Positions 49,711 through 63,000 of a DNA stretch of 64,000 nt are shown here, piece after piece. Source of the stretch: Oikopleura dioica. Taxonomy: Eukaryota > Animalia > Chordata. Made by a program: the position numbers and the translations under genes. Every line of letters starts with the position of its first letter. The stretch's first letter is position 1. Below the pieces are notes generated by a model. The model saw nothing but the letters and a program-made list of their open reading frames with translations, was not told where the DNA came from and did not search any database. Where the stretch lies: the NCBI GenBank assembly GCA_907165135.1, contig OU015566.1, forward strand, positions 8,742,001 to 8,806,000, in the 5' to 3' direction.

Positions 49711-51586
49711 TTTCTGTCAAAATGAAAGGACTGAGAATTGAGATTTTCTTGAGCATTTTTCGAGTATATTTTGGCGCTAATGAGCGATTGATGAGTTTGG
49801 AGGAAACATGACGCAAAATAAGAATTCGTTGTCACAAATTAACGTTTTATTTATACAATCAACATCTCTTTCCTAGTTATCCCAAACTTTTTTAATAGAG
49901 TAAATAAAACAATGTGGATTTTCATTGAAAGCAATTATCAAAACGAGATCAAGATGATCTTTTTGAAAATTGATGATTGATCACTGATTTGAAGAGATAG
50001 AACTACGACCGGTACGTTCGTATCGTATTTCTTTTACCTATTTCTTTTTCAGAAAGCAATAAATCAAAAGTTCAAAATTGATTGATGATCATCTGTCTCA
50101 TAAGAAAAATCAAAATAAAGGAAACATGTCCTGCTGAGGAATGTGATGTTATCTCACTGGGCTGTCCTGCGGGTAGTCCGCCTACCTCACTTTACTGTTG
50201 TTTGTGACCTCGCAACTTTTTTTATGCTTTTTCTTTGAACCCTTTTTTCGAATTCGATTGTTTTCGAAACTAAATAACACTGAGAGAGTTTCCCATTGAT
50301 AACGCTGTTGATCTATTTGTTGCTTTATTCAAATATAATGGCAGGAGACGATAGAAAGTGGGAAGCGCCAATCAAAGATGCGCGCGGGCCATTTGAATCC
50401 ATCGCCCAGGCGGGAATAATGAGAGATTTCTTTATTTAGAGATTTTGATTTCCAGATCAGAAGAGAGCCTCCGCGGTGCAAATTTGCATTTTGGCTCTAT
50501 TAAATTTTTATACCAATATCGCACACGCTTCAAAATTCTATCAATCACATTTTTCGATTCTTTCATAATCAACCTGCAAGGAATTTCCTGATCAGAAATT
50601 TCTTTCCATGTGGAAAAAGAAACAAAAGGAAGAGATGTTTGTTTAATCTTGGAATAAGGGACTGTGCGACTGCGCGAGCGAGATTCCCTTGAACTTTTTG
50701 AAATTTTTAAGATTTACAAGACCGGCCTGACAAATGCCAAGAGTGGTTTTTCGTTGTTAAAGAGTGAAGTCGCGTTCTGAACGAGTTGATCTGGAGTTGA
50801 TTCCAAAAGAGTAAAGATTAGATAGAGGAAAAGAGAGATTTTCATTGAAAAAGACGACAAATATTTGCCTACTACTGTATTAACTATTCAGTGCCGAAAA
50901 GTAAATACGTATGAATCATTTTTATCCGCTGAAGTTTGACGGTTTTCTTCTCTTTTTTTAGAGATTGATTTAAAATTCATGTTATTTGTGGTCCTCCATG
51001 ATTTTCCGCTCTTTTAATGACCCGGGTCGCCCTAAATGTCACGGTCAACGTTCTACCATTCTGAGCGGCAAAGTGGCTAATCCCCCTCAGGTCCAGTGTA
51101 GATCAATCAATTTTTGGGGGAGAAGATGTGTGCGCTCCTCAAACGCGCGCGCCAAGGGTAAACGCGTCTCGTGCGTGTCGTGTTTTCTGCAGCTTTTCTT
51201 TTTCGCGTCTTTAGCTTTTTATTTTACTCCCTTATATTTTCCCACCAACGCCGAGGTTCTTAGCCATGCAGGGCTGCATCGGGCTTGGCGGCGGATAATT
51301 TTGCCCTCCGCTTTTTTGAATCGAGAGAAAGTGGCACCGGAAAACGCACCCTCGAAATCGGAGTGATATAATTTTCACAAATGCGCCCCGCCGTGAACAG
51401 TAATGACTCGCCAAAATCGTTTTTGATTTATTGCCTTCAGCGAAATCGCCCCGCTCGGTGTGAACTCGAGCGTTTTTTTGCTTCCTTTTAAAAAATTTGA
51501 ATCAGCTTTTTCTTTATCCGTTTTGACAACAATAGAGGCTCGAGGAACAACGGGAAGATAACAAGGTTTATTTCAGATCAGTTCGG

Positions 51587-54500
51587 ATGAGCGCCTCGTA
51601 TTCTCGAGAGCGGCTCTACGAGAGTGGTCAGATGGAGATGGTCGATGAGGTACGTTTCCAGCGATCTTTACATCATTTTCATGTTTTCTGTCTAGGTAAT
51701 CTGGCAGCAACACACATATGTTCTCGAAAAAATGCCAGCATTCGGCTTCGGCATCGCCGTTTCCGGTGGAATCGACAATCCAACCGCCCGCACAGGGGAC
51801 ACTTCCGTAATGATATCCGATGTTGTCAAGAACGGCCCGGCCTGGGACAAACTTCAAGTTAACGATCAACTCCTCCAAGTTAATTCGATGTCAATGGAGA
51901 ACGTGACGCACAACCAAGCGATAGGCTTTCTGAAGAAGGCTGGTAGACGCGTTGAACTTACTGTGAAAAGAAAAGCGATCGTCAAGGTGCCGGCGCGTCT
52001 TGGAGGGCGGTCGACCTTGGGAAGAAGCCGACATCATTCAGAATCGAGAGATTCGCGCGACAGAAGCTATTCATCAGACAGAAGACGGAGCAGATCGAGA
52101 GGAAGGAGCTACAGTCACTCAAGATCAGGCTCCAGGTCGTACAGCTACAGTGATGACTATAGCGACGATGACAGACGATCATACCACTCAAGACGATCAA
52201 AACGAAGCGAAAGAAGTCGTCGTTACTCCGGCCAAAGTAGAAAGAGCCATCGATCGCGACAGGACTTGACCGACATTTCCCCACTCTCTCCCGATCGGCC
52301 AGACGCGCCCACTGATTACAATACGACGCAACTCCCCGTGAAAGCTGCTCCTCCAGAAACGGTGATTTTGAGCAAGGGCAAAATGGCAAAGGCATCGTAT
52401 GGCATCAGACTTGGCACGCGTATCTACATCCAAGACGTTCAACCCGGCTCTCTTGCGGACCAAAAGGGACTCAAAAGCGGAGATATTGTTCTAGCAATCA
52501 ATAGCAACGGCGTTGATAATAAATCTGTCAACGAAGCTATTCAGGAACGCGGCTAACTGAAACTTAATTGAATAAATAGGGTATCATCATGCTCGTTTTT
52601 GTTGAGTGACCTTCTTTTCGTTATCTAATTAGGCTCTTTGGCGAGTCATCCTTTCTTTAGTCGAGAAAAGTTAATTTCTGGCAAACAAAATCAGCTTGCT
52701 CTGGTCGTTCAAAAACAAGACGGCGGCACTGTAACCATTCCAAACTCAACGTCAAGGCCAGCATCGCGCCCGAGCTCGAGGAGGCCATCAAGATCACCCT
52801 CTCGATCAAGAACTCCTTCCAGATCGCGATCTCCCTCTCTGCCGCCGAAAGAAGCCTCGCCAGATCCACCAATTCGAACTAACAAGGAGAGTTTTTATTT
52901 TCAGTCGATCTCATTTGTCATATTTACTCGTCCACGTGGTCGAGATAATCCTAATTGATCAATTTGTAAAACTCATCTAAGCCCAGCGGCTTGCCTCAAT
53001 CGGCCGTGGCCCTTCCCGCGATGGCCAGCGCCGTGCCGCCTGTAAAATCGGACTACGGGACGCCTGACTACGGCGAATATCAAGACTCTGCACTCGTGAA
53101 TAGAACCGCTCCAAGAGCACAAGCTGATGAGAAACCCCGCCAAATTATTTTCATAAAAGCCAAAAATGTTGGAATCCGCCTTGCTGGTGGAAATGACGTT
53201 GGTATTTTTGTCGCATCGGTTCAGGAGGGCTCCCCAGCCGCCCAACAGGAATGGCATTGAACAATTTTCTTTTAGAAAATTTCTGCTTGTTTAAAATCGA
53301 ACATATTTTATCAACGCCTTGAAGGGTCTTAAAATGGGAGATCAACTTCTCGAAGTCAACGGAATAAGCTTCAGACAACTGACACGCGAGCATGCTGTAT
53401 TAAATTTGATGTCTCTCCCTGTTGGTGGCGAGGTTTGCATCGTGGCTCAGTCGAAACCGCGACACTATGAGTCGATTCTGGAGCGAGGAACTGGAGATAG
53501 TTTTTATATCCGAACCCACTTCAAACGAGATGCTGCGCAGAGCCATGAGCTTGGTTTCAAAAAGGGTCAAGGTAAGAACCGAAGAACGAGGGGTTTCGTG
53601 CGATGACGCGAGATCTAGTCATCGCAGTATTAAAATTCCAGGGCTCTTGACTATTTATTCCAAAACAAAACATGACTCCCTTTCTTTAGTGTTCCTGATC
53701 ACAGACACACTATACCAAGGCATTGTTGGTCATTGGCTTGCTTCCCGCATCGGGACGAACTCGATCCAAGTGGAAAAGGGCGTGATCCCGAATCAAGTCC
53801 GCGCCGATCAGCTCAAACAAGTCGAAGACAAAAGCAGCGCAAATGCGCGCCGCCAAAACCGGTCGTGGTATCCAGGCGAAACTCTTCAAAGGGAAGAATA
53901 AAGGAAATGATGCGCCACCAGCGCCGATTTCTGGAGCCAAGTTTGACTCGTATGAACGCGTGGTGCTCCGAGAGGCTGGCTTCAAACGGCCCGTTGTTAT
54001 TCTTGGAGCTTTGGCGGATATAACGAGGGAATTGTTGGTCGGCGACTATCAAGATAGATACGAAGGTAAACTTCAAAGACATCGTCCGCGTCATATCGCT
54101 CCAAATTTCGGGTTCAGCTAATTTCATAAATTACTGTGATTTAGTTGCCCGCAACGACTTGGCCCACCCAGATCTCCAACAGAAAAGTCGCAGAAAGGGA
54201 ATCATTAAGCTCGCCGTTATCAACGAAATCATCGAGCGGAATAAGCACGCAGTCCTCGATATCACGCCGACAGCTGTTGATAAGCTCAACTATTCTCAAC
54301 TCTACCCAATCGTTATCTTCCTCAAGGCCCCATCCGCAAAAGTAAGCCTTACAAATCCTAACATAAGGATTACGATTAAACATACTGTCTCCCATACAGG
54401 TGTGTTATAATCAGCACTTATCATTATTTCATAATCCAAATTCAAAACAAAATGGAGCTTCTTATATTAAATCTTAGGCATCTGGCTTGTTTTAGAAAAT

Positions 54501-56272
54501 ATTATGCCACTATTTCGAGGCGAAATTCATGATCGTCTAAATCATGTCCAACACAAATAACTTAAACTTCTTTGCCGCGTGCTCACCAAAATTCTTAGGT
54601 CGTCAAGGACCTGCGACAGAAATACTCCGTCTCTACCAAGGAGAAATCCACCAGCTCGAAGAAAATGCATGAGAGAGCGCAAAAGCTGGAACGCGGTTAC
54701 AACTACTTGTTCACTGACGTTATTGATCTAGCCGCACCCGACTGGTTTACAAGGGTGCACCAATCTATTGCTGATCAGCAAAATGGACTTGTTTGGGTAT
54801 CAGAAAAGGTCGCGGCTCCTGAAGAAGACGACGAAAATCTCGATCAAGGTGAAATTAATTTTCTTTCTTCAAGCTTTTATTCATTTATTAGATCAAGACG
54901 ATCGTCTGAGCTATGTTTCTGCACCCAACTCAGAATACTCCGTCACCACCATCGGCTCTGAAATGAACAGATCGAGAAGAGCCGACGACTACGAGTCGGA
55001 AGAAGAGGATGAAAATGCAGAACCATTCCAGTTTGATGATGATCAACAAAGCTATCGTAGCGACAGCAGATACGGCAGAGACGAGCGATCTAACTCGGAA
55101 CTCGCGCCGAATGATTATCTGTCAAAAGCGAAGAAGTCAGTTTAACTCATTACCTTCCTATTTACAAATCTCTTTAGTAATATGAGACGAGTTCCTCGCG
55201 ATCCATCTCCAGAACTTCCTCCTCCTCCAGTCTCAAAGCCTCCTCTTCCCGATTCTTCCGATGAAGATGTTCCAAAGCTTGCCTACGCATCACCCGCAAT
55301 GACGAAAAGCTCCTTCCCTCCTTCTCAAGAGCGAGAATACAGTCGCCCAGCGGATCCAGCTCCAGTGTCCAGTAGAAACGACCCTAACCGCTTGTCCGAT
55401 CCAGCGAAAATCCCCTTCCACCAGAGGCTCGACATGTTCAAGCAGCAGGATAAAAAAGAATACAATAATTACGTCAAGTAAGCCACGTTTTAAATCCTTC
55501 TAGTGAGTAACGGGATATTCGTAGATCTATTCGCGACCCGCAGCCAGCTTTCCAGCAACGGCTCGGCCCTCGACCTTTCAAAACGAGGCCAGAGCAGCAG
55601 ACTTATGACTCGGGGGTTGAACGAGATGATCCGAGAAATCCACAGTCGCAGTCTTCTATTCCAGTTGTGGAGGATGATGATAACGATCCAGAGGTACTTT
55701 TATGTTCAATGAATTCAGCGATAAACGATGTTGTGTGTAGGTTGTTGCGACTGCAAGAGGAACTTTTGACGTTTCTGGTGGTGTTCTATCGTCAGTTGAA
55801 ACTGGTGTCTCAATCGTCATTCCACGAGGAGCAATTCCACCAGGGATTCAACAAGAAATTTACTTCAAGGTATAGTCAACTCACTAAAGCATCTTTGTCA
55901 GTACAATTTCAGGTCTGTCGAGAGCTCCACGAAGGCGTTCCGCCGCTTGATGAAGAGCGAGGGGAGCGATTGCTATCACCGATGGTGATGTGTGGCCCCC
56001 ATGGATTGCGCTTCAACCATCCCGTCGAGCTACGTCTTCCACATTGCGCCTCCATGACTCCGGATGGCTGGAGCTTTGCCTTGAAATCGAGCGACAATGA
56101 CAACGCTGCTAATCAGGTATTCTAATTATGACTACACTGAACTTTTAATTGGATCTCTATCTTTTTGGGGATATCGACCTTTTGATTAACCTTGTGCTTG
56201 TAGTGGCAGAATATGCAACTGGGCGACCAAGTCGGGCAGAACTCCGTGTCCGTGTTAATTGACCATTTCTAA
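51587..56272 (+). CDS. TJP1: Tight junction protein ZO-1 (PDZ1-PDZ2-PDZ3-SH3-GuK-ZU5)
   Basis: GFGIAVSGG..DNP (PDZ1), YGIRLG (PDZ2), VGIRLAGGNDVGIFV (PDZ3), DSFYIRTHF (SH3), GFKRPVVILG (GuK), ZU5 with LLSPMVMCGPHGLRF, terminal VSVLIDHF*. Confidence 0.96.
52545..52670 (+). other. Non-canonical GA-AG intron in TJP1 PDZ2
   Basis: CAG|GAACGC...AAG|TTA gives SVNEAIQLISGKQNQLALVVQ, the expected PDZ2 length. Confidence 0.65.
53249..53324 (+). other. Non-canonical GA-AG intron in TJP1 PDZ3
   Basis: CAG|GAATGG...AAG|GGT restores SPAAQQ-GLKMGDQLLEVN; no GT before the in-frame stop. Confidence 0.85.
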
Positions 56273-57590
56273 CCTCACAACGCGCCGTGGTTAACAATAC
56301 CAGCCAGGATGCCAACCACCGCTACTAGAATTTCCATTCGCCAAAGCGCCAAAAGTACGATTAACGAGCTCGTCTCCCATCAACAATTAATAATATCGCG
56401 ATCCAATTTCAACAAAATACGAAACAAACGACATATGTATGAAAAATAATGACACACTGTTTACGCTTGCAACAAAAAAAAAAAACGAAACTGCTTTTAA
56501 CACGAATCATATTTTTTGAAACGCCGAACCCCAAAACCAACAATAACCCTTGTTAGATATTATCATTGTGCTATTTCCCTATATTTCCCTTTGTACGTTA
56601 CTCTACTTTGTTCCCTAGAATATTATAAAGCAGCTTTATATTCTTATTTTTTCTCGCACTCAAAATCATTCCTCATGATGTCGCAATTTGCTCGACTTTC
56701 CTACATGGTTCAAAAAACGCTTCTAATCACCCCTTCTTTTGTTATTACTGATATGAATTATACAACAATGAATTCAAATAATTTCTCTCGACTCATTTTC
56801 TCCAAGCAGGATATTGTTCATCTAGTAAAAATTATTTTGTTTCCGGACTCAGCATCATTTTGCATTCACGACCTCTTTGCAGTACGAATTGATTAAAATT
56901 TAAAATTAGACCAATCTCCTTTTTTGTCCATAATTATCCACTACTATCAAGTACTGTGTTTTCTATTCAATACGTTTTCTTCATATATTTCAGCTTCCTT
57001 CATCATTCAAACTCATTTTCAAGCATTCAAAGCTTATTCTCATATCAGCTTTTTCTCTCCTATTCAAGACTATTTTAAGTTATTTTAAGTTTCCATTGAT
57101 CTTTAAGTTACTCCAGCCTACTTGCTTGTATCCTTTATCTTCTCAGTTAAATAACAAGTCGCCAAATTCATGAATTGGCTGCTCCCTCTGTGCCTTACGA
57201 GCACCCCTTTTCCAGTCAATATTCCCCGATAACAGCATATCCTTTCTTCTAACACTTATCTATTGGCGCAGCCAAAAATAAAACCAACTTACACGAACAG
57301 GTTAAATTTTTAACTGCCCACTAGTCTCCATTTTTGTACTTATTCCTTCTTGCTCATATAGATTCATTTCAAGCTAAATCAAGAACAAACACCATGAATT
57401 TTCTAAAGCAAAACGAAAATAATTTCTCTGACTAATTTATTTCCGATGAATAAATTTTTTACAAACAGTAAAGTACATGCAAGTTTTTTCAGACCGTTCA
57501 CTTGAGCTTTTAATCGCAAGTTACCGGGCAAGAAAAAGACAATTCTTTCTGCATTTTTACTTTTCACTTACAGTAGAGCGAACTAACAGT

Positions 57591-59340
57591 ATGTCAAAGC
57601 GAAAGAGCACACTTTCAAATCAGTCGAAGATGCCGAGAAACAGTTTTCGCATGATAAGAAAAGGGTAGTTTATGGGGCACTTGTCAGATAACGCGGCTGC
57701 AATAGGGTGATTCTCTCTTTTTATCGGAAATTGTAAGACAGCTTTTACTGATATGATGAGGATTTTTAAGTAAACAAGACCCAAATATATCCTTCGATAG
57801 GAATCTAGCACAAGTGCAGACAGTTTTACGTGCAGATTTACACAGCAGTTCCCCAGAAGGTACATTCTTCGAACTTTCTTTTTATAAAAATTTTCTTTTG
57901 CAAGTAAATAAGGAAGTCCGAAATCCCAAGATCAAAGCAGAACAGAATCTGAACCCAACTCGTCCCCAAAATGCAGCAGCTGCAAACCCTCAAAGAGAAA
58001 TTGTTCTTCCACAACAAGTCATCGCCGAATCCACCTATTCCCAAGCTCTGGATTCATTAACTTTTTCACGGAAAATTACGAAGCTCTGAATTTTTGAATC
58101 CGACTGAAGTGAGCATCACAAGTCACTCGAGTGATGAAGAATCTAAAGACTCGCAGCAGTCGATTAGCTCGGTCAAAGGTCTTTCTCAAGAAGCGACTGT
58201 TACCGAGTCATTCCTCAATGAAATTACAGAGGTCGATATTAGAGGCAAGTGGAGTAGATGGCGATTAATCATCTTGTATTTGAAATAAAAGTTCAGATAA
58301 GCCCCGTGAATATTATGTGTTTATGCGACAACTTCCTCATTTGTCAGGTGCGTTCCTTCAATTTAAATAGCTATTTTAAATAGCCTATTTAAATTGTGTT
58401 TAAGTGCCGGACAGGTTGGAATATTATGCGCTGAGCAAGGGAGATAATCCCAAAATTACTCGAGTATTGAGTAGGGATCATTAAAATTTGTTCAGTTAAC
58501 CTCAAACACAAGTAATTCAAAATTATCCCTAAAAAGCTACATGGTCAAGGTGAACCGTTGAAACTTCTACAGTGGCACCAATTCACTGATTGTATAGGAG
58601 CGTGGGAGCAAGTTCTATTCAAACGTAATGCGAGCGGAACGTGTGAAAAACGGGCGGCATAATTATTGTTTACTTTTTTGGAATATTCTGATGAACTTGT
58701 GTGAAAGTAGCGAAGAAAAACGTGGTGATTTGCCGTGGCAAAGCCTTCCCGCTGCTTAACAGGGTATGATTGTTTGTACTGTACCGTCTTAGCTTTGAAA
58801 GAATCGTGAAAAATACAGCTCAAGCATAACAAAGTTCTTCAAGGGAAACCCTGCAGTTGAAGTCCCCGAGCTGAGCGCCACTTCAAAAGTATACGACGTT
58901 TGCACCGTCAAGGTGAGTTTCCTCGCCACTGATTAAATCATATATTCTGTTTATAATTTGTGCTCATTTCATACGTCCCCTTGCTGCGTAACTTTCGTAG
59001 AATTAGAACGTTACGTTCTATGTACTACTAAAATCGACATTTTTTCTTAGTTGAAGTTCTACGAGGAGGATTTGAAGAAGACAGGCGACAGCAAATGGGT
59101 TTGGGCAAGATCTGAGCAGCTTCCGAGAGCTCCTGTTAGGATTAATTTGTTGTTCAAAGAAGGAATTACTGGACCCACTTTTCCGGTGGAATATTCTTGC
59201 TGCGCCATTCTAGGGATCGGGGTCGGCATCTAACCCGCTCAGGGTCGCGCGTGTTATCTAACCCCAAATTACAGGAATAGTTCAATAACGAAGAAGCAAA
59301 AGAGTTACCTTGTTCGCTGGAAACTGCCCTGTTGAAGTTG
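57591..59340 (+). CDS. Uncharacterised multi-exon gene
   Basis: ATG just after an AG acceptor; several exon-like ORFs (57814-58089, 58094-58288, 59051-59233); no family recognised. Confidence 0.4.
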
Positions 59341-60045
59341 CATGTTTGTATCTTCTTTAGTTAGAATTTCAAAAGTCGGCTTTACATAGGAAATGCTCAA
59401 CAGGTGCGGTTTCGGCGAACCGCGTGAACCCCGAATAACCAAATCTTAAAACTCAATCATGAACTCATTTCTTAGCCAGTAAAACGATGGCCATGAACAT
59501 GATCGGGAACGAGGGTTGAAATTCTTAATAAAATATTTACCGCATTAGCCAAACGCTCCTTGAAGTATCTCTGTTGATAAACGTGGGGCGATGAAACTAT
59601 CGAGCATCGTTCTGACATAAAAATAGCAGGCCATATGAGGCCAAAGGAAACATGGACTGATAGAGTCTTCTCTGATAACCTGTAATTATTTTCTGAACGA
59701 TGTTTGATCGGAAAATTCGGTGATTTTGACGAATTGAATTTCAACCCATTGATTTGAAATACCCTCACCTGTCAATTTAAACTAGCGATTCCAAAAGAAT
59801 ATCTTTTGGATGATTTTACACTATTTTTTCATCATCATTCGTTGATGGAATTCCTCATGCCCAAAAAATTAAAACCAACAGCTACCGTTTTCTTGGCACG
59901 ACGAAAATTCACTGACAACGCTCTTTAACACTTGTTTTGCTTTTCCCATTCCATTAGAAAATCTGAGCACTGAAGAATTGCGAGAAAAGAAAAGTAGTTT
60001 AAACATTTTAAATTCAGCTAGCTCTTGTAATTCTACACTTTTAGA

Positions 60046-63000
60046 ATGAGCAACGTGCTCGTCCAGCACAGTCATGACGTGAACTGCGTTGCTGTTTCGA
60101 AGGCAAGATTTTTTTTTAAAACCCTAGTTTTTAGGTGAATAATAATCCCTTTGAATCAACACTGGACTGCATACACGTGTAGTATTTTGCGGTTGTCGGG
60201 CTTAATTTTTCCGTGCTCTTGTTAATCCACCCCAAACGTGAGCCCCGTGCAAATACGTATACTTTCAGTAGATTCAAAATGGAACATTCGCTACGCTAGA
60301 CCAGGCCATTTAATGACAGAAGAAATTAAAGTGCGTATTCTCCAGGCTGGGCCACGTAGCAATTGAATAAATAACTCGTCACTATTTCTTCGATTCAATT
60401 TAAGTTTTGAAAATCGATTGAAAGGGAAATATCTTTTATGGCTGCTCCGACAAAACGCTCTACAAAAGAGATGATAAGGGAAGTTGCCAAGAAGTTCATA
60501 AACACAGTCAGATTGTGACATGCTTAGGCTTTGGTTCATTTAAGCTACTGTAACTCATAAGTTTGCAAAAGTAACTGTACTACTGTCAGGTAGACGATAA
60601 CGGACACTAATCCGGAAGGTCCTTTCCGGGAAGTAATTTATGCATTAGCGTAAATTTAGGTTACTTCAGCTGCTTTTTATAATCTTCCAACAAAGTGACT
60701 CTTGATTTAATTAAAAAGAGATGGTCCGTTTTTTTTCAATAGCCATAATTTTTCAATATCGTTATTTTCCTAACAGTAGTTTTTTCATCGAAAGAAACTT
60801 TTTCGATGTAAATTATGATTAACTTACGTATGGAATGCACGGCGAACCTTGTTTACAGATCACGCTGACGGACTCGTGGTTTCCGGCGGACTAGATGGAA
60901 ATGTGAAGACCACAGATGGCATCGAATTCGCCTCGAAGTTGATTGTAGTGAGATCTATTGCACTCCATCGGAGCGGGAAAAAGATCGCCGTCGGAGGCCC
61001 TGATGGGCAGGTATCGGTAAGTTATGAAATCAACCAAACCAATGTCTCGTCTATTTTATAAACAGATCTCATTTCCTAATCATGCCACCAATTCAGGGCA
61101 CCGTGAATGATGCAAATATTTAATATTCGTCCAATCTTATATTATATAAGTTATACATCCAGCGACGGTAAAAAGCAAAATATATTTGGAAATATTTTAG
61201 AAGAACAGTTGGACCGCCGGAATTTCCGGTGCGGTGATAGATTCAGCAGGAAAAAATCGGTTTTGATTTTTTCGAATTGAACCGTTCAATGAATTAAAAC
61301 ACGTTTAAGCTCTTCCGTTTTCATTCACACAACAATATTTACGCGTTTGAATAAGTTTCTGTTTAAAAGCGAATGCGTTCCGAAAACAATTAAAAAGATA
61401 AGCCCAATTTCCTTTTAACCACTTAGTTCACCTAAATATGCGTCCTTCCGTATGGCTTGAAAAATTCAGAGTTTTGTTTAACACTCATTAGATTTGCCTT
61501 ATTTCCGCGCATCCCCCGATGAGAACGGTTGCGTTTCGTTATTTCCTTTGTTTAGTTTTAGAAATTTTTGCCGACTTTGGTGATATTTTTCTTCAGATTT
61601 TGGATACCTCCGGTCGCTGTCTTGAGTCGTGGGAGGGCCATTGTGATGGTACCGTCCACGCGTTGGGATGGTTGGGAAACTACCTCGTTACCGGTTCCGC
61701 TCTCGGTAAGACTTTTAATAGCACCATCTTGCATAAGTTCAATTTCAACGCTTTTGCTTTCTGAAATTGCATTTAAAATGTAGATTCTTCACGAACTCTT
61801 TCGGGGGCGTCTGGTTTGGTGGGCCAGGACGTGGCAGGGACACGATAGGTCTTGATAAATCGTCAGGCTGTGTTCAATTCCCAACCAAGCATATGTGTGG
61901 TAGACGTTCTAACCCACATAGTCCGAGTCTGTGAAGCATTGATGTTGGAACCAGTACTCAGTACTGACTAGTGGTTCCTTCTATCTATGTGGAGACATAA
62001 TAATAGACTTAGTATACCCTTCTCTCTTGAGAAATCCTCCTCCACAGCTGGGTACCTGGGATACCCAGCAAAGTGCCCAGTGATGTCGTAGGCCTAGACT
62101 CACTGGGACTTCTGGCTAAGATGGAATGTCGAGGGAAAATGGGAAATCTCCTCGATATAAAAAAACCGCAAATGACGATGAGTCTCACCAGCTCGGGAGG
62201 TTCTTTCGGGTCCCCAAGAAGGAGGATGAAGGATCTTGACACTGCCTGGACAACAGTGAAAAGTCCGATGAATCTTCCGCCGCTCGAAAGTTTTGTATTA
62301 ATTTTCAATAGAAGCAACAATCGTTTCAATTAATTTTAACATGAAAAAAGTTTTCGTGACGGGCCGCTATTAACAGCACGATGCTTCCTGTCTTCTAAGC
62401 ATCAAATATTATTACTTAGTCAGCACTCTCTTTTTACGAAACATGACTGTTCAGGAGATTTACGAATCTGGGAAACGGAAAAGAAACGGCGTCTTCTTGC
62501 CAGCAAAACGAGTATACATGACAAGTCCTTTTCCGGATGCGGGACATTGGCGCTTGACACAAATCCAAATAAAAGTCACATCGTTACAGTCGGAGCAGAC
62601 AATCTTGGCCACATTTGGTGGCTCAATGAGTCAGGTGAGTTTTGCCTCTTTCTTAGGGAGGATTAGAATCGCATGCTTTCGGCAAATGGAATGATATTTT
62701 CGAGTGTTACAAAGCTAAATAACTAAATACGGCTCTTAACTATCATGCGTAAGCGTGACTTTTGTCAAGTGCTTTTAGAAAACTATGAGATCATTCGTTT
62801 GCAAAGTGTTTGCAAAAAGTTATTTTATTAATGTCTTTTTTGAGCCAATGAGTTATTAAAGAGCGTTCTAAAGCTCCGTGCCGAAATACGCAATAAATAT
62901 GAAATAGGCGTAATCCTGCTCTCCTTTGTTAGCTGAGTCCATCTAAGATTAACTGTAGATATGATTATCCATTTCCAAAATAACGATTGATGTAGGACGT

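Noticed and set aside
51990-52260. RS-rich stretch suggesting an SR splicing factor
   Set aside because: It is the linker between PDZ1 and PDZ2 of the ZO protein, where RS-rich sequence is known.
61909-61915. CTAACCC as a telomerase RNA template
   Set aside because: Only 7 nt, sequestered in a hairpin, with no recognisable pseudoknot or 3' H/ACA domain.
62040-62290. HDV-, hammerhead- or twister-like motifs (TGGCTAAG, CCGATGA...GAAA, GACACTGCC) in the structured element
   Set aside because: The isolated motifs are present but the required helices do not form in the correct order.
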